The notes: a model not told the origin generated them from the sequence alone. A stretch of DNA of 64,000 bases from an uncultured delta proteobacterium (GCA_963826785.1 CAWGYD010000003.1:96001-160000); one strand, 5' to 3'; counted from the first letter of the stretch, positions 41,715 to 51,050 are shown. Program-made: numbers and translations.

Positions 41715-43952
41715 ATGGATCAGTGGCACAAGACCGGATGTGTATTATGCGCCCAGAACTGCGGGCTGGAAGTGATGGTGGAAAACGGCCGCATGGTCAA
41801 GGTCCGGCCGGACAGGGACAACCCCCGGAGCCGGGGGTATGCCTGCCGCAAGGGCCTGAATGTGATTTACCACCAGTACCCCGCAGACCGGCTGACCGAA
41901 CCGCTCAAACGGGTCGACGGCCGGTTTGCGCCCATCTCCTGGGATCAGGCCATCGAGGAGATCGCCGCAAAGATGACCCGGCTGGTGGACCAATACGGTC
42001 CGCGCTGCCTGGCTTACATGGGGGCTTCTTCCCAGGGCGGGCATTTCGAAGGGGCATTCGGGCTTTCCATCCTGCGGGCGCTGGGCTCCCAGAATTTCTA
42101 CTCCTCGGCTGGCCAGGAATTTTCCGGCTCCTGGTGGGTATTCGGCCGCATGCTGGGCAAGCAGTACAATGTGGCCATTCCCGACGAGAATGAGGCAAAG
42201 ATGCTGGTAGGTTGGGGGTGGAACGGCATGGAAAGCCACCAGATGCCCCGGGCGCCGGTCGTTTTAAAGGAATTTTCCAAGGACCCGGACCGGCTGCTGG
42301 TGATCATCGATCCCCGCAAGAGCGAAACCGCGGCGCTGGCCGACATCCATCTTCCCGTCCGGCCGGGCACGGATGCCCTTCTGGCCAAGGCCATGATCGC
42401 CATCATCTTAGAGGAAAGCTGGGAGAACAGGGATTATCTGGAGGGTCACACGGTCGGCTTCGAGCAGGTGCGGCCCTGGTTTGCGGGGTTTGACGCCCGG
42501 GGTGCCGTTTCCCTCTGCGGACTGGACTATGATCAGATTCGGCAACTGTGTCGGCTCATGACCACCCGGCGCTGGTGCGTCCATCCGGATCTGGGGATCT
42601 ATATGGGCCGCAAAAGCACGCTTTCCTGCTATCTCATCAATATGTTAGGGGCGGTGTGCGGCATCTTCGGGGTGCGGGGGGGAAACATCGTCCCCGGCAT
42701 GGTCATGCCCATGGGATTTCACGCCGACGAACGCGATCCCAAAACCTGGCGCACCGTGGCCACGGGCATGCCGCCGTCGGCGGCGGGGTCGTTTCCGCCG
42801 GCGGTCATGCCCGAAGAGATCCTTACCGATCACCCGGAGCGCATCCGCGCGGTTCACGTCAGCGCGTGCAACCCGCTGCGCGCCTATCCGGACACGGACG
42901 CCTACGAAAAGGCGTTTGCTAAACTCGACCTGCTGGTGGTCAATGACATCGTCCTGAGCGAAACCGCACGCCTGGCCCACTACGTGCTTCCCTGCCGCAC
43001 GTTTTATGAATCCTGGGACGGCACCTTCTTCCCCTGGACCTACCCGGACGTCTATTTCCAGATGCGCCGGCCCGTGGTGAACCCGCCGGAAAACTGCCTG
43101 GAGGCCGCTCAAATATTTACGCTTCTGGCCGAGGCGCTGGGACTGGTGCCGGACATCCCGGATTCACTTAAGCAAGCAGCCGAAGGCGACCGGATGATTT
43201 TCGGCGCAAAACTCATGGAATTTGCCGCCGCCGAGCCCAAAGCCTTTGCCGCCATGCCCTTTGTCCTGGCCAAAACCCTGGGACGGGTTTACGACAGCGC
43301 CGCCAGGGCCGCTTTGTGGGGCATGCTCATGACCGCGCCCAAATCCTTTCGGAAAAACGCCGCCCGGGCAGGCTTCACCCCTGGCATGGACCAGGGCGAA
43401 AAAATCTTCGATGCCATTATGGACCATCCCGAAGGGCTCTGGGTGGGGGTTGCCGACACGGAAAACCCCATGGCAGGCATCAAGACCCCTTCCGGAAAAA
43501 TCGAGCTCTGCATACCGGAGATGGAAAATGAAGTCAAATCCCTGACCCCGGACACCGAAGCCGCCGCCCTTGCCCTGCCGGAAAATTTCCCCCTGATTCT
43601 TAATGCCGGCCGCCACACCCGCTGCAATGCCAATACGCTGATGCGCAATCCCGATTGGAACAAGGGGAAACGGGCCTGCACCGTGGCCATGAACGAAATT
43701 GACGGACAAAACCTGGGCCTTTCCGACGGCGCCCGGGTGCGGGTGGTCACCGAGGCGGGCAGCCGGATTGGCGAGGTCGAAATCAGTGACCGGGTCCGCC
43801 CCGGCACGGTGCTCATCCCCCACGGTTTCGGCCTGATTTACGAAGACGAGGTCTACGGCATCAATGTCAATTACCTGACCAAAGCATCCCACCGGGACCC
43901 TATGGGCACACCCATCCACCGATATGTGCCCTGCCGGGTGGAACCGGTCTAA
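41715..43952 (+). CDS. Molybdopterin (bis-PGD) oxidoreductase, DMSO-reductase superfamily
   Basis: AGGAG RBS; CVLCAQNCG...CRKG, RLTEPL, ISWDQA, IDPRKSETA, RPGTDA, C-terminal PGTVLIPHG; no Tat signal. Confidence 0.9.
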   Translation: MDQWHKTGCVLCAQNCGLEVMVENGRMVKVRPDRDNPRSRGYACRKGLNVIYHQYPADRLTEPLKRVDGRFAPISWDQAIEEIAAKMTRLVDQYGPRCLAYMGASSQGGHFEGAFGLSILRALGSQNFYSSAGQEFSGSWWVFGRMLGKQYNVAIPDENEAKMLVGWGWNGMESHQMPRAPVVLKEFSKDPDRLLVIIDPRKSETAALADIHLPVRPGTDALLAKAMIAIILEESWENRDYLEGHTVGFEQVRPWFAGFDARGAVSLCGLDYDQIRQLCRLMTTRRWCVHPDLGIYMGRKSTLSCYLINMLGAVCGIFGVRGGNIVPGMVMPMGFHADERDPKTWRTVATGMPPSAAGSFPPAVMPEEILTDHPERIRAVHVSACNPLRAYPDTDAYEKAFAKLDLLVVNDIVLSETARLAHYVLPCRTFYESWDGTFFPWTYPDVYFQMRRPVVNPPENCLEAAQIFTLLAEALGLVPDIPDSLKQAAEGDRMIFGAKLMEFAAAEPKAFAAMPFVLAKTLGRVYDSAARAALWGMLMTAPKSFRKNAARAGFTPGMDQGEKIFDAIMDHPEGLWVGVADTENPMAGIKTPSGKIELCIPEMENEVKSLTPDTEAAALALPENFPLILNAGRHTRCNANTLMRNPDWNKGKRACTVAMNEIDGQNLGLSDGARVRVVTEAGSRIGEVEISDRVRPGTVLIPHGFGLIYEDEVYGINVNYLTKASHRDPMGTPIHRYVPCRVEPV

Positions 43953-43981
43953 TAAAGATTTTACGACCAAGGAGAAAAAAG

Positions 43982-45085
43982 ATGAGCATCCTGTTTGAAA
44001 AAGGCCGCATCGGGGCCATGGAACTTTCCAACCGGTTTGTCCGCTCCGCCACCTGGGAGGGGCTTGCGTCAGACGACGGCTCGGTCACCCCGAGACTGAT
44101 CGAAATGCTGACCCAACTTGCCGAAGGCGGGGTGGGCCTGATCATCCCCGGACACGCCTACGTGCTTTCCGAGGGAAAGGCCGGTCCCTGGCAGCTGGGC
44201 ATACACGAGGACGAACGCATCGCCGGCCTTTCGGAATTGACCCGGGCGGTGCATGCACAAGACGCAAAGATCGTGGTCCAATTGGCCCATTCCGGGTTTT
44301 TCGCCATGGAGCAGATTACCGGGAAACCGCCCATGGTGGTTTCCGCCATCGACGGCTTCACCCCGCCCGCGGCCCTGGAAATCACCCCCGATTATATCCG
44401 CACCCTGACCGCCGCCTTTGCCGATGCAGCCAGAAGGGCCCAACTCGCGGGATTTGACGGGGTGCAGATCCATTCCGCCCACGGCTACCTGCTCAGCCAA
44501 TTCCTCTCCCCCATCTACAATCGCCGGAAGGATGAATACGGCGGCCGTGTTGAAAACCGCTGCCGGATTCACCGGGAGATCGTAAGATCCATAAGGAAAA
44601 TGGTCGGCGATGATTTCCCCCTGCTGATCAAAATAAACGGACAGGACTATGCGCAGGATGGATTGACGCTGGCCGATTCGGTCCGGGCGGCAAAAATTCT
44701 TGCCGAAAACGGCCTGGATGCCATCGAGGTTTCCGGCGGACTTTTGTCCGGGGGCAAGCTCTCCCCCAGCCGCACCGCCATCACGACTGCCGACAGGGAG
44801 GCCTATTTTGAAGAAGATGCGGGTTCGTTTAAAAAAGAAATCGACATCCCCCTGATCCTGGTGGGCGGAATCCGCTCCTTTGACACCGCAGAGCGCCTGG
44901 TAAACGACGGCACCGCGGATTTTATCTCCATGAGCCGCCCGTTTATCTGCGAGCCGGATCTCATCCGGCGCTGGCAGTCCGGGGACCGGAAAACCACCTT
45001 TTGCGTGTCGGACAACAAGTGCTTCAGTCCGGGCTTCAACGGCGAAGGCATTTCCTGTGTAACCCGGCAGCGCCTGAAAAAATAG
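43982..45085 (+). CDS. NADH:flavin oxidoreductase (Old Yellow Enzyme family)
   Basis: NRFVRSAT, QLAHSG, GFDGVQIHSAHGYLLSQFLSP, RKDEYGG, SRPFICEPDL. Confidence 0.92.
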   Translation: MSILFEKGRIGAMELSNRFVRSATWEGLASDDGSVTPRLIEMLTQLAEGGVGLIIPGHAYVLSEGKAGPWQLGIHEDERIAGLSELTRAVHAQDAKIVVQLAHSGFFAMEQITGKPPMVVSAIDGFTPPAALEITPDYIRTLTAAFADAARRAQLAGFDGVQIHSAHGYLLSQFLSPIYNRRKDEYGGRVENRCRIHREIVRSIRKMVGDDFPLLIKINGQDYAQDGLTLADSVRAAKILAENGLDAIEVSGGLLSGGKLSPSRTAITTADREAYFEEDAGSFKKEIDIPLILVGGIRSFDTAERLVNDGTADFISMSRPFICEPDLIRRWQSGDRKTTFCVSDNKCFSPGFNGEGISCVTRQRLKK

Positions 45086-45177
45086 GCTTTTTGTTTTTGC
45101 TTGACTTAAATGGCCGTTGGGTCTTTTCTTATTTTTCCAAAAGACAATTCAATTTGATTCTTAAAAGGGGGTAATTC

Positions 45178-47178
45178 ATGGACCCGTTGTTTCAGCCCAT
45201 CCGCATCAATTCGATGGATATCAAAAACCGGATCTACATGCCGGCCATGCACCTGGGCATGGCCAAAGATTTTTTCGTCACCGACCAGCTGATCGATTTT
45301 TACGAAGTGCGCGCCAGGGGTGGAGCGGGTATGATCTGCGTGGGATATGCCACGGTGGACGATCTTTCCGGAAACAGCACCAACATCGGGGCCCATTCAG
45401 ATGATTTCATCCCGGGATTGAAGCGGCTGGCCGACGTGATCCGAAAAAACGGCGCCCGTTCCTGCGTTCAGCTCAATCATGCCGGCCGGTACAACTTTTC
45501 CTTCTTTTTAAACGGCAAACAGCCGGTGTCCGCTTCGGCCGTGGCCTCCCGCATGACCGGTGAGACCCCCAAGAAACTGGAAATCAACGAGATCGGCCAG
45601 ATCATCAAAAACTTCGCCGATGCCGCCTTTCGGGTGAAAAAGGCCGGTTATGAAGCCGTGGAGGTCCTCAGCGGCACCGGGTACCTCATCAGCCAGTTTC
45701 TCTCCCCGCTCACCAACCAGCGGCAGGATGACTACGGCGGATCTTTTGAAAACCGGATCCGCTTCGGCCTGGATATCGCCCGGGCGATCAGGAAGAAGGT
45801 GGGGGCCGATTTTCCCCTGATCTTTCGGATCAACGGCAATGATTTCATGCCGGGCGGCCAGGGAAGCCGCGAGCTGAAAATGTACGGCCGGGCCCTGGTG
45901 GAAGAAGGCGGCGTGGACGCGCTCTGCATCAACGTGGGGTGGCACGAGGCCCGGGTCCCCCAGATCACCACCGCGGTTCCCCGGGGGGCGTTCGCCTACC
46001 TGTCCCGGGGGATCAAGGACCTGGTGGATGTGCCCGTGATCGCCAGCCACCGGATCAATGACCCGCAAACCGCCCGGGAGCTGATCGCAGACGATTTCTG
46101 CGACATGGTGGCCATGGGAAGGAGCCTGATTGCCGACCCGGATCTTCCTGAAAAAGCGCGCTCCGGACGGGAAAACGAGATCATTCACTGCGTGGCCTGC
46201 GCCCAGGGATGTTTCGACAACCTTTTCAAGCTCAAGCACGTGGAGTGCCTGTGCAATCCCCGGGCCGGACACGAGTGCGACACGGCATGTCGGATCGCCG
46301 AAACCCGCAAAAAGGTCATGGTCATCGGCGGCGGGGCCGCCGGCATGAACGCGGCCGTTGCCGCCGCCGACCGGGGGCATGAAGTTCACCTCTATGAAAA
46401 AAGCGATCATTTGGGGGGCCAGCTCTACCTGGCCGCCGCCCCTCCGGGCCGGGCCGAATTCGCCCAGCTGGCACAGGATCTGGAAAACCAAATGGCGTGC
46501 AGAAATATTGAGGTTCACCTGAACACGGCGGTGGATGAATCGCTGATAGATTCGGAAAAGCCGGACCACATTGTCCTGGCCACCGGGGGAGCGCCCATGG
46601 CACCCCCCATTCCCGGCATCGAGCTGCCCCACGTGGTCCAGGCCTGGGACGTGCTGGCCGGACGGGTGCACACCGGGAAAAAAGTGGTGGTGGTGGGCGG
46701 CGGGGCCGTGGGGGTGGAAGTCGCCCTCCTCCTGGCCGAAAAAGGGACCATTTCCGGCGACACGCTGAAATTTTTGATGGTCAACCAGGCGGAGGATTTT
46801 GCCACCCTCTATGATCTGGCCACCAAGGGGACCAAGCAGATCACGGTCATCGAAATGATCGAAAAGATCGGCAGGGATTTCGGCAAAACCACCCGATGGG
46901 GAATGCTCCAGGATGTCTCCCGGTTCGGCATCGAAACCCGCACCGCCACCCGGGCAAAGGAGATCACCCCGAAAGGGATAACCGTGGAGACCGAAGGCGG
47001 CGTCGAAGAGATCGAAGCCGACACCGTGGTCATCGCCGCGGGCGCCCGGTCCGAAAACGCATTGAAAGGCCTCCTCGAATCCAGGGGCATCCCCTTTGAT
47101 GTGGCAGGAGACGCCGAAAAGATCGGCATGGCCTTCGATGCCGTCCACCAGGGGTTTGCCGTGGGGATGAAAATATAA
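45178..47178 (+). CDS. 2,4-dienoyl-CoA reductase FadH-like FMN/Fe-S/FAD oxidoreductase
   Basis: OYE barrel (GYLISQFLSP), CVACAQGC...C cluster, GGGAAG and GGGAVG Rossmann motifs, GWHEARVP. Confidence 0.88.
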   Translation: MDPLFQPIRINSMDIKNRIYMPAMHLGMAKDFFVTDQLIDFYEVRARGGAGMICVGYATVDDLSGNSTNIGAHSDDFIPGLKRLADVIRKNGARSCVQLNHAGRYNFSFFLNGKQPVSASAVASRMTGETPKKLEINEIGQIIKNFADAAFRVKKAGYEAVEVLSGTGYLISQFLSPLTNQRQDDYGGSFENRIRFGLDIARAIRKKVGADFPLIFRINGNDFMPGGQGSRELKMYGRALVEEGGVDALCINVGWHEARVPQITTAVPRGAFAYLSRGIKDLVDVPVIASHRINDPQTARELIADDFCDMVAMGRSLIADPDLPEKARSGRENEIIHCVACAQGCFDNLFKLKHVECLCNPRAGHECDTACRIAETRKKVMVIGGGAAGMNAAVAAADRGHEVHLYEKSDHLGGQLYLAAAPPGRAEFAQLAQDLENQMACRNIEVHLNTAVDESLIDSEKPDHIVLATGGAPMAPPIPGIELPHVVQAWDVLAGRVHTGKKVVVVGGGAVGVEVALLLAEKGTISGDTLKFLMVNQAEDFATLYDLATKGTKQITVIEMIEKIGRDFGKTTRWGMLQDVSRFGIETRTATRAKEITPKGITVETEGGVEEIEADTVVIAAGARSENALKGLLESRGIPFDVAGDAEKIGMAFDAVHQGFAVGMKI

Positions 47179-47242
47179 AAAAGAGAGGATGGTTCGGGGT
47201 GTTCGGAAAAACGGGGCATTTTAGGAATTCGATGGTCAGTGG

Positions 47243-47407
47243 CTGAGGGTGCATGGAGAGGAACCCGGCCCGCTCAGGAAAATTTTTGCCGGCCGGGGCA
47301 GCCGACCGGCCGGTCCTTGCGATAAAGCATTCGTTAATGACAGTTGATCTATCTCGAGGACAAAAATTTACAATTCGCGTTCCAGCTCCCTCTCCACGCA
47401 CCCTCAG
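47243..47407 (-). ncRNA. Candidate structured element A (165 nt, rod-like)
   Basis: On the minus strand CTGAGGGTGCGTGGAGAGGGAGCTGG pairs with CCGGGTTCCTCTCCATGCACCCTCAG using 3 G-U pairs and one G-G mismatch; shares motifs with element B. Confidence 0.45.
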
Positions 47408-47635
47408 GGGAGGTATTCAAAAATTTGAAAAGCGCTCCATCCCCCTTTTGATCAACTGGCGGATAATGCATGTACTCGTAAACGTTCACAAGCACATGCA
47501 CGAAATAAGAAATTGAATTCATAATATAAAATCTCGCTACACGGCATTTTGCGGGAACAAAGTGGAAGCTTTTTTCTGAAAAAGATTTGCCATTCATAGG
47601 GACCGTTGCCTGTATCGAATTTGAACACCCGGTCT

Positions 47636-47802
47636 CTGGCGGGCGGGTGAACTGAGGACTGGCAGCGAGATTGGAGATTTTTGCGTAAACGTCCGATCCG
47701 CTCGGTCGCCGCAGCTGACCTTGATTCATTCAACAAAGCCAGACATCGAGGACCGCAAAAAGATCCCTGAGCGGCCGGTTCTCGGTTCACCTGCCCGGCC
47801 AG
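47636..47802 (+). ncRNA. Candidate structured element B (167 nt, rod-like)
   Basis: 47641-47663 pairs with 47774-47796 over 23 bp; all 4 non-Watson-Crick positions are G-U on the plus strand; inner arms TTTTTGCG/CGCAAAAA. Confidence 0.45.
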
Positions 47803-47821
47803 CCACAAGCACAAGCCGTTT

Positions 47822-48307
47822 TCAGGTGTTCGCCGGGCTGGAGAACAGGTGCCAGAGCATGCAGCCGGTGGCGTCGGCTTCGGTGAAACCCAGGGTACTG
47901 GCAAATTTCATCAGCCGGTTTTCCGGCATCGCCTCACCATGGTAGGTCAGCGCCTCGATCTTTCCGGAAAGCATGGCCGGCAGGCTGTTCATCAGGACCG
48001 CAAAATCATTGACCTTCAGGCGGCCGGCAAATTGCTTTACGCACCGGACTTCATCATGCATATCCCGGCATGCGGCCAATTCCTTTATAAATTCCATCCG
48101 CCCCGGCCGGTCCAGCTTCATCCTGACAAAGGCCACCACATAGCGCCGCTTCTCCCCCAGAAACCGGAACAGGGTTTCCAGAAGATCGGTTCGGGACGTC
48201 CTTTGCCGGACAGCATCGCTGTCGCGTCGTTCGGCCGCGCCTTCTCTGTTTTCCTTTTTCGCGTATTCTGATAACGTGATTACCTGCGGCAAGATCTTCG
48301 TCTGCAT
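47822..48307 (-). CDS. Hypothetical protein (161 aa), divergent from the WYL gene
   Basis: Strong AAGGAGG RBS; no family recognised. Confidence 0.7.
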   Translation of the reverse strand: MQTKILPQVITLSEYAKKENREGAAERRDSDAVRQRTSRTDLLETLFRFLGEKRRYVVAFVRMKLDRPGRMEFIKELAACRDMHDEVRCVKQFAGRLKVNDFAVLMNSLPAMLSGKIEALTYHGEAMPENRLMKFASTLGFTEADATGCMLWHLFSSPANT

Positions 48308-48374
48308 GGCCCTTTTCCTCCTTTTTATCGTGACCGGTTTGTCTGTTTTTCAGCTGTGAACAGCATAAACCGGC

Positions 48375-48398
48375 AAGTGTGCGGTTTTTGACACACTT
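48375..48398. promoter_or_regulatory. Candidate WYL-regulator operator overlapping a TTGACA -35
   Basis: AAGTGTG-N10-CACACTT; TTGACA at 48388-48393, followed by an A/T tract. Confidence 0.5.
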
Positions 48399-48448
48399 CA
48401 TGCGATTTTTTTTAAAAATTTAAAAAAAAATTTTAAGATTTTGAATTT

Positions 48449-49486
48449 ATGCAGGAAAAAAAGATCATAAAATTGATCCGGGCGGTTGATCTGCTGGCCC
48501 GGCCGGAAGGGACCACCATCAATGAATTGTCTGCCGAGCTGGCGGTCAACCGGAGGGGCGTTTACCGTATCCTTGAAAATCTCCAGGCCATGCAGTTTCC
48601 GGTGTATGAAGAAAAAACCGATGAAGAACGGGCCAAGCGCTGGCGGCTGCAGGAGGATTACGTCAAGCGGCTGCCCAACATATCGGTCCCGGAGCTGAAG
48701 CTCTCCTTTGCCGAGATCCTGGCCCTGTTTCTTTTAAAAGGCCAGGCCGCCCTGTACAGCGGCACCCGCCTGGAAGAAGAAGCCCGGTCCGCCTTCGACA
48801 AGATCGGCGCCTATCTGCCATCGGCCCTGTACCGCCAGCTCGATGGGATCAAGACGCTGTTTGTTCCCCAGTCCAAGTTCGCCAAAGACTATGCGGGAAA
48901 GGAAGAGATCATCGACACCCTGGCTGAATCCATGCTGACCCGGAAACGGTGTCGAATCCAATATTTCGCCTTCAAAAACGAACAGTCAAAGCAGTACCGC
49001 ATCGATCCGCTCCATTTTTTCGAAAGCGGCGGCGGCATGTACATCTTCGTCCGCATCCCCCGGCACGGCACCATCCGGACCCTGGCGGTGGAGCGGATCG
49101 ACAGCATCGAAAAGACGGATGAAGCCTTCGAATATCCCGACGATTTCGATCCGGAGCAGATCCTGTCATCGGCCTTCGACATGGTCTACGATGACCCGGT
49201 ATCGCTGCGCGTGTGGATATCGTCAGCCCAGGCCAAATACGTCCGGGAGCGCAAATTTTTCCGGGATCAGACCCTGTCTCAATGCAATGATGGATCCGTT
49301 ATCATCGATATCAGGACCTCAGGCTGGGGAGATGTAAAACGATGGATCCTTTCCCTGGGGGCGGATGCCGAGGTCCTCTCCCCGGAACGCCTCCGGCAGG
49401 AGATGAAGGCGGAAATCCGGAAGCTCTCCCTTCGGTACGGCCGAGGCCTCCCTTCTCCCCAGGCGGTTTCAGAAAGCCCTGAATAA
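48449..49486 (+). CDS. HTH-WYL-WCX transcriptional regulator (PafB/BrxR-like architecture)
   Basis: N-terminal HTH (TINELSAELAVNRRGVYRIL), WYL core (YRIDPLHF...MYIF...IRTLAVERI), WCX (WILSLGADAEVLSPERLR). Confidence 0.9.
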   Translation: MQEKKIIKLIRAVDLLARPEGTTINELSAELAVNRRGVYRILENLQAMQFPVYEEKTDEERAKRWRLQEDYVKRLPNISVPELKLSFAEILALFLLKGQAALYSGTRLEEEARSAFDKIGAYLPSALYRQLDGIKTLFVPQSKFAKDYAGKEEIIDTLAESMLTRKRCRIQYFAFKNEQSKQYRIDPLHFFESGGGMYIFVRIPRHGTIRTLAVERIDSIEKTDEAFEYPDDFDPEQILSSAFDMVYDDPVSLRVWISSAQAKYVRERKFFRDQTLSQCNDGSVIIDIRTSGWGDVKRWILSLGADAEVLSPERLRQEMKAEIRKLSLRYGRGLPSPQAVSESPE

Positions 49487-49541
49487 AGCCATTCACATCA
49501 TCCTCTTTTCCACTGAAGCCTTGTCCGATCATGTCTTCAAA

Positions 49542-50996
49542 TCAGTCAATTTTGGTCTTTAACAGAACGGTGCGTCCGGTCCGGTGATCCAGGACCATAA
49601 ATGAGACCTCCTGGTTGCGGGGGAGTGATTCTACAAGGGAGGCGAATTCACCGGGCCCGGCGATTTGATGATTGTCGATCCCCAGGATGATGTCGCCGGA
49701 TTCGAGCCCTTCTTTTCCCAGCGGCCCGTTCGGATCGACCTTCTGCACCACCACGCCTGTCTGCTGTTGCATCCCGTATTGCTGCATCTGTTCCTTGCTC
49801 ACGGGGCCGATATTGATCCCGAGCCGGTCCTCTGCGGCTGAAACCATCTTTTTCTGCGCTTCTTCGAGGTTTCCGATGACCACGGTCATCTCTTTCTTTT
49901 CTCCGTTGCGCAATATCCCGAGCACCACCCGGGTTCCGGGCGCGGTGCTGGAGACGGCGTTTCGCAAAGCGCCGGCATCCGTGACCGCTTCACCCCGGTA
50001 CTGGAGAATGACATCGCCCTTCTGAATGCCGGCCTGATCCGCCGGTCCCCCCTTTACGACGTCAGCCACCTGCGCGCCCTGCCGATTGTCGAGGTTCCGG
50101 GCTTTCGCCTCCTCCGGGGTGATATCCTGAACTTCCACGCCCAGCCAGCCCCGGACCACCTTCCCCTTCTCGATCAGCTGCTTTGCCACATGGATGGCCA
50201 TTTTGCTGGGAATGGCGAAACCGATGCCCATGGAACCGCCCGATGCCGACAGGATGGCCGAGTTGATGCCGATCACATATCCGCCCAGGGTCATCAGGGG
50301 ACCGCCGCTGTTCCCCGGATTGATGGGGGCGTCGGTTTGGAGGAAATCCTGGTAGCTGGTGGGACTGGTGATGCCGGTGCGATGCTTGGCGCTGATGATC
50401 CCCTGGGTGACGCTTTCCTCCAGTCCCTCCGGCTGGCCGATGGCCACTACCCATTGTCCGACCTTCACCTCATCCGAGGGTCCGAAAGTGACATAGGGGA
50501 ACGGCTCGTTTCTGGATATCCTGATTACCGCCAGATCAGAGAGGGGATCGGTCCCCACCACCTCTGCGGGATACCGGTTTCCTTCCGAGAGGGTCACCAC
50601 GATTTTCGCAGCACCGTCCACCACGTGGTTATTGGTGAGAATGTACCCTTTCGGGTCGATCAGCATTCCCGACCCGATGCCCATGATCTCCCGTTCCAAC
50701 GTCTTGGGCATATTCTTGGGCAGGTTGAAAAAATGTTGAAAAAATGGATTCTGCTCCAATGGGGCCAGCGGATTGGCCACTTCCTGGCGTTCGGTCACCT
50801 CGATGTGCACCACGGCGGGAATGTGGTTTTGGGCAAGCTGGATGATGGCCGTGGTGATTTCGACTTTCTCCTGGGATTCCATGGATGCCAGGGCGGGGGA
50901 CCATGAATCCCGGCAGTACCCGGTCTGCCCCCACAGCCCTGCCAGAAATGCCACCGAAATGAAAATGAGCAAAGTTCGAACGTTTTTGCCGGACAT
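49542..50996 (-). CDS. degP: DegP/HtrA serine protease with two PDZ domains
   Basis: Signal peptide, TNNHV, DLAV, QTDAPINPGNSGG, RGWLGV. Confidence 0.93.
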   Translation of the reverse strand: MSGKNVRTLLIFISVAFLAGLWGQTGYCRDSWSPALASMESQEKVEITTAIIQLAQNHIPAVVHIEVTERQEVANPLAPLEQNPFFQHFFNLPKNMPKTLEREIMGIGSGMLIDPKGYILTNNHVVDGAAKIVVTLSEGNRYPAEVVGTDPLSDLAVIRISRNEPFPYVTFGPSDEVKVGQWVVAIGQPEGLEESVTQGIISAKHRTGITSPTSYQDFLQTDAPINPGNSGGPLMTLGGYVIGINSAILSASGGSMGIGFAIPSKMAIHVAKQLIEKGKVVRGWLGVEVQDITPEEAKARNLDNRQGAQVADVVKGGPADQAGIQKGDVILQYRGEAVTDAGALRNAVSSTAPGTRVVLGILRNGEKKEMTVVIGNLEEAQKKMVSAAEDRLGINIGPVSKEQMQQYGMQQQTGVVVQKVDPNGPLGKEGLESGDIILGIDNHQIAGPGEFASLVESLPRNQEVSFMVLDHRTGRTVLLKTKID

Positions 50997-51050
50997 GAGT
51001 TACCTCCTTTTACCGGGAATAATTACAAAAACTTCGTCATTTACTGCCCA

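Noticed and set aside
45101..45125. TTGACTTAAA shared with the tetR promoter
   Set aside because: No operator palindrome follows, so it does not support TetR control of the fadH-like gene.
45508..47148. 546-aa minus-strand ORF and similar long antisense ORFs (e.g. 11863-12867, 29670-30578, 33619-34557)
   Set aside because: Shadows of well-supported genes in GC-rich DNA; no motifs.
47179..47821. CRISPR array, integron attC sites or protein-coding ORFs beside the WYL gene
   Set aside because: No repeat-spacer periodicity, no RYYYAAC/GTTRRRY-bounded cassette, and the ORFs lack RBS or protein-like composition.
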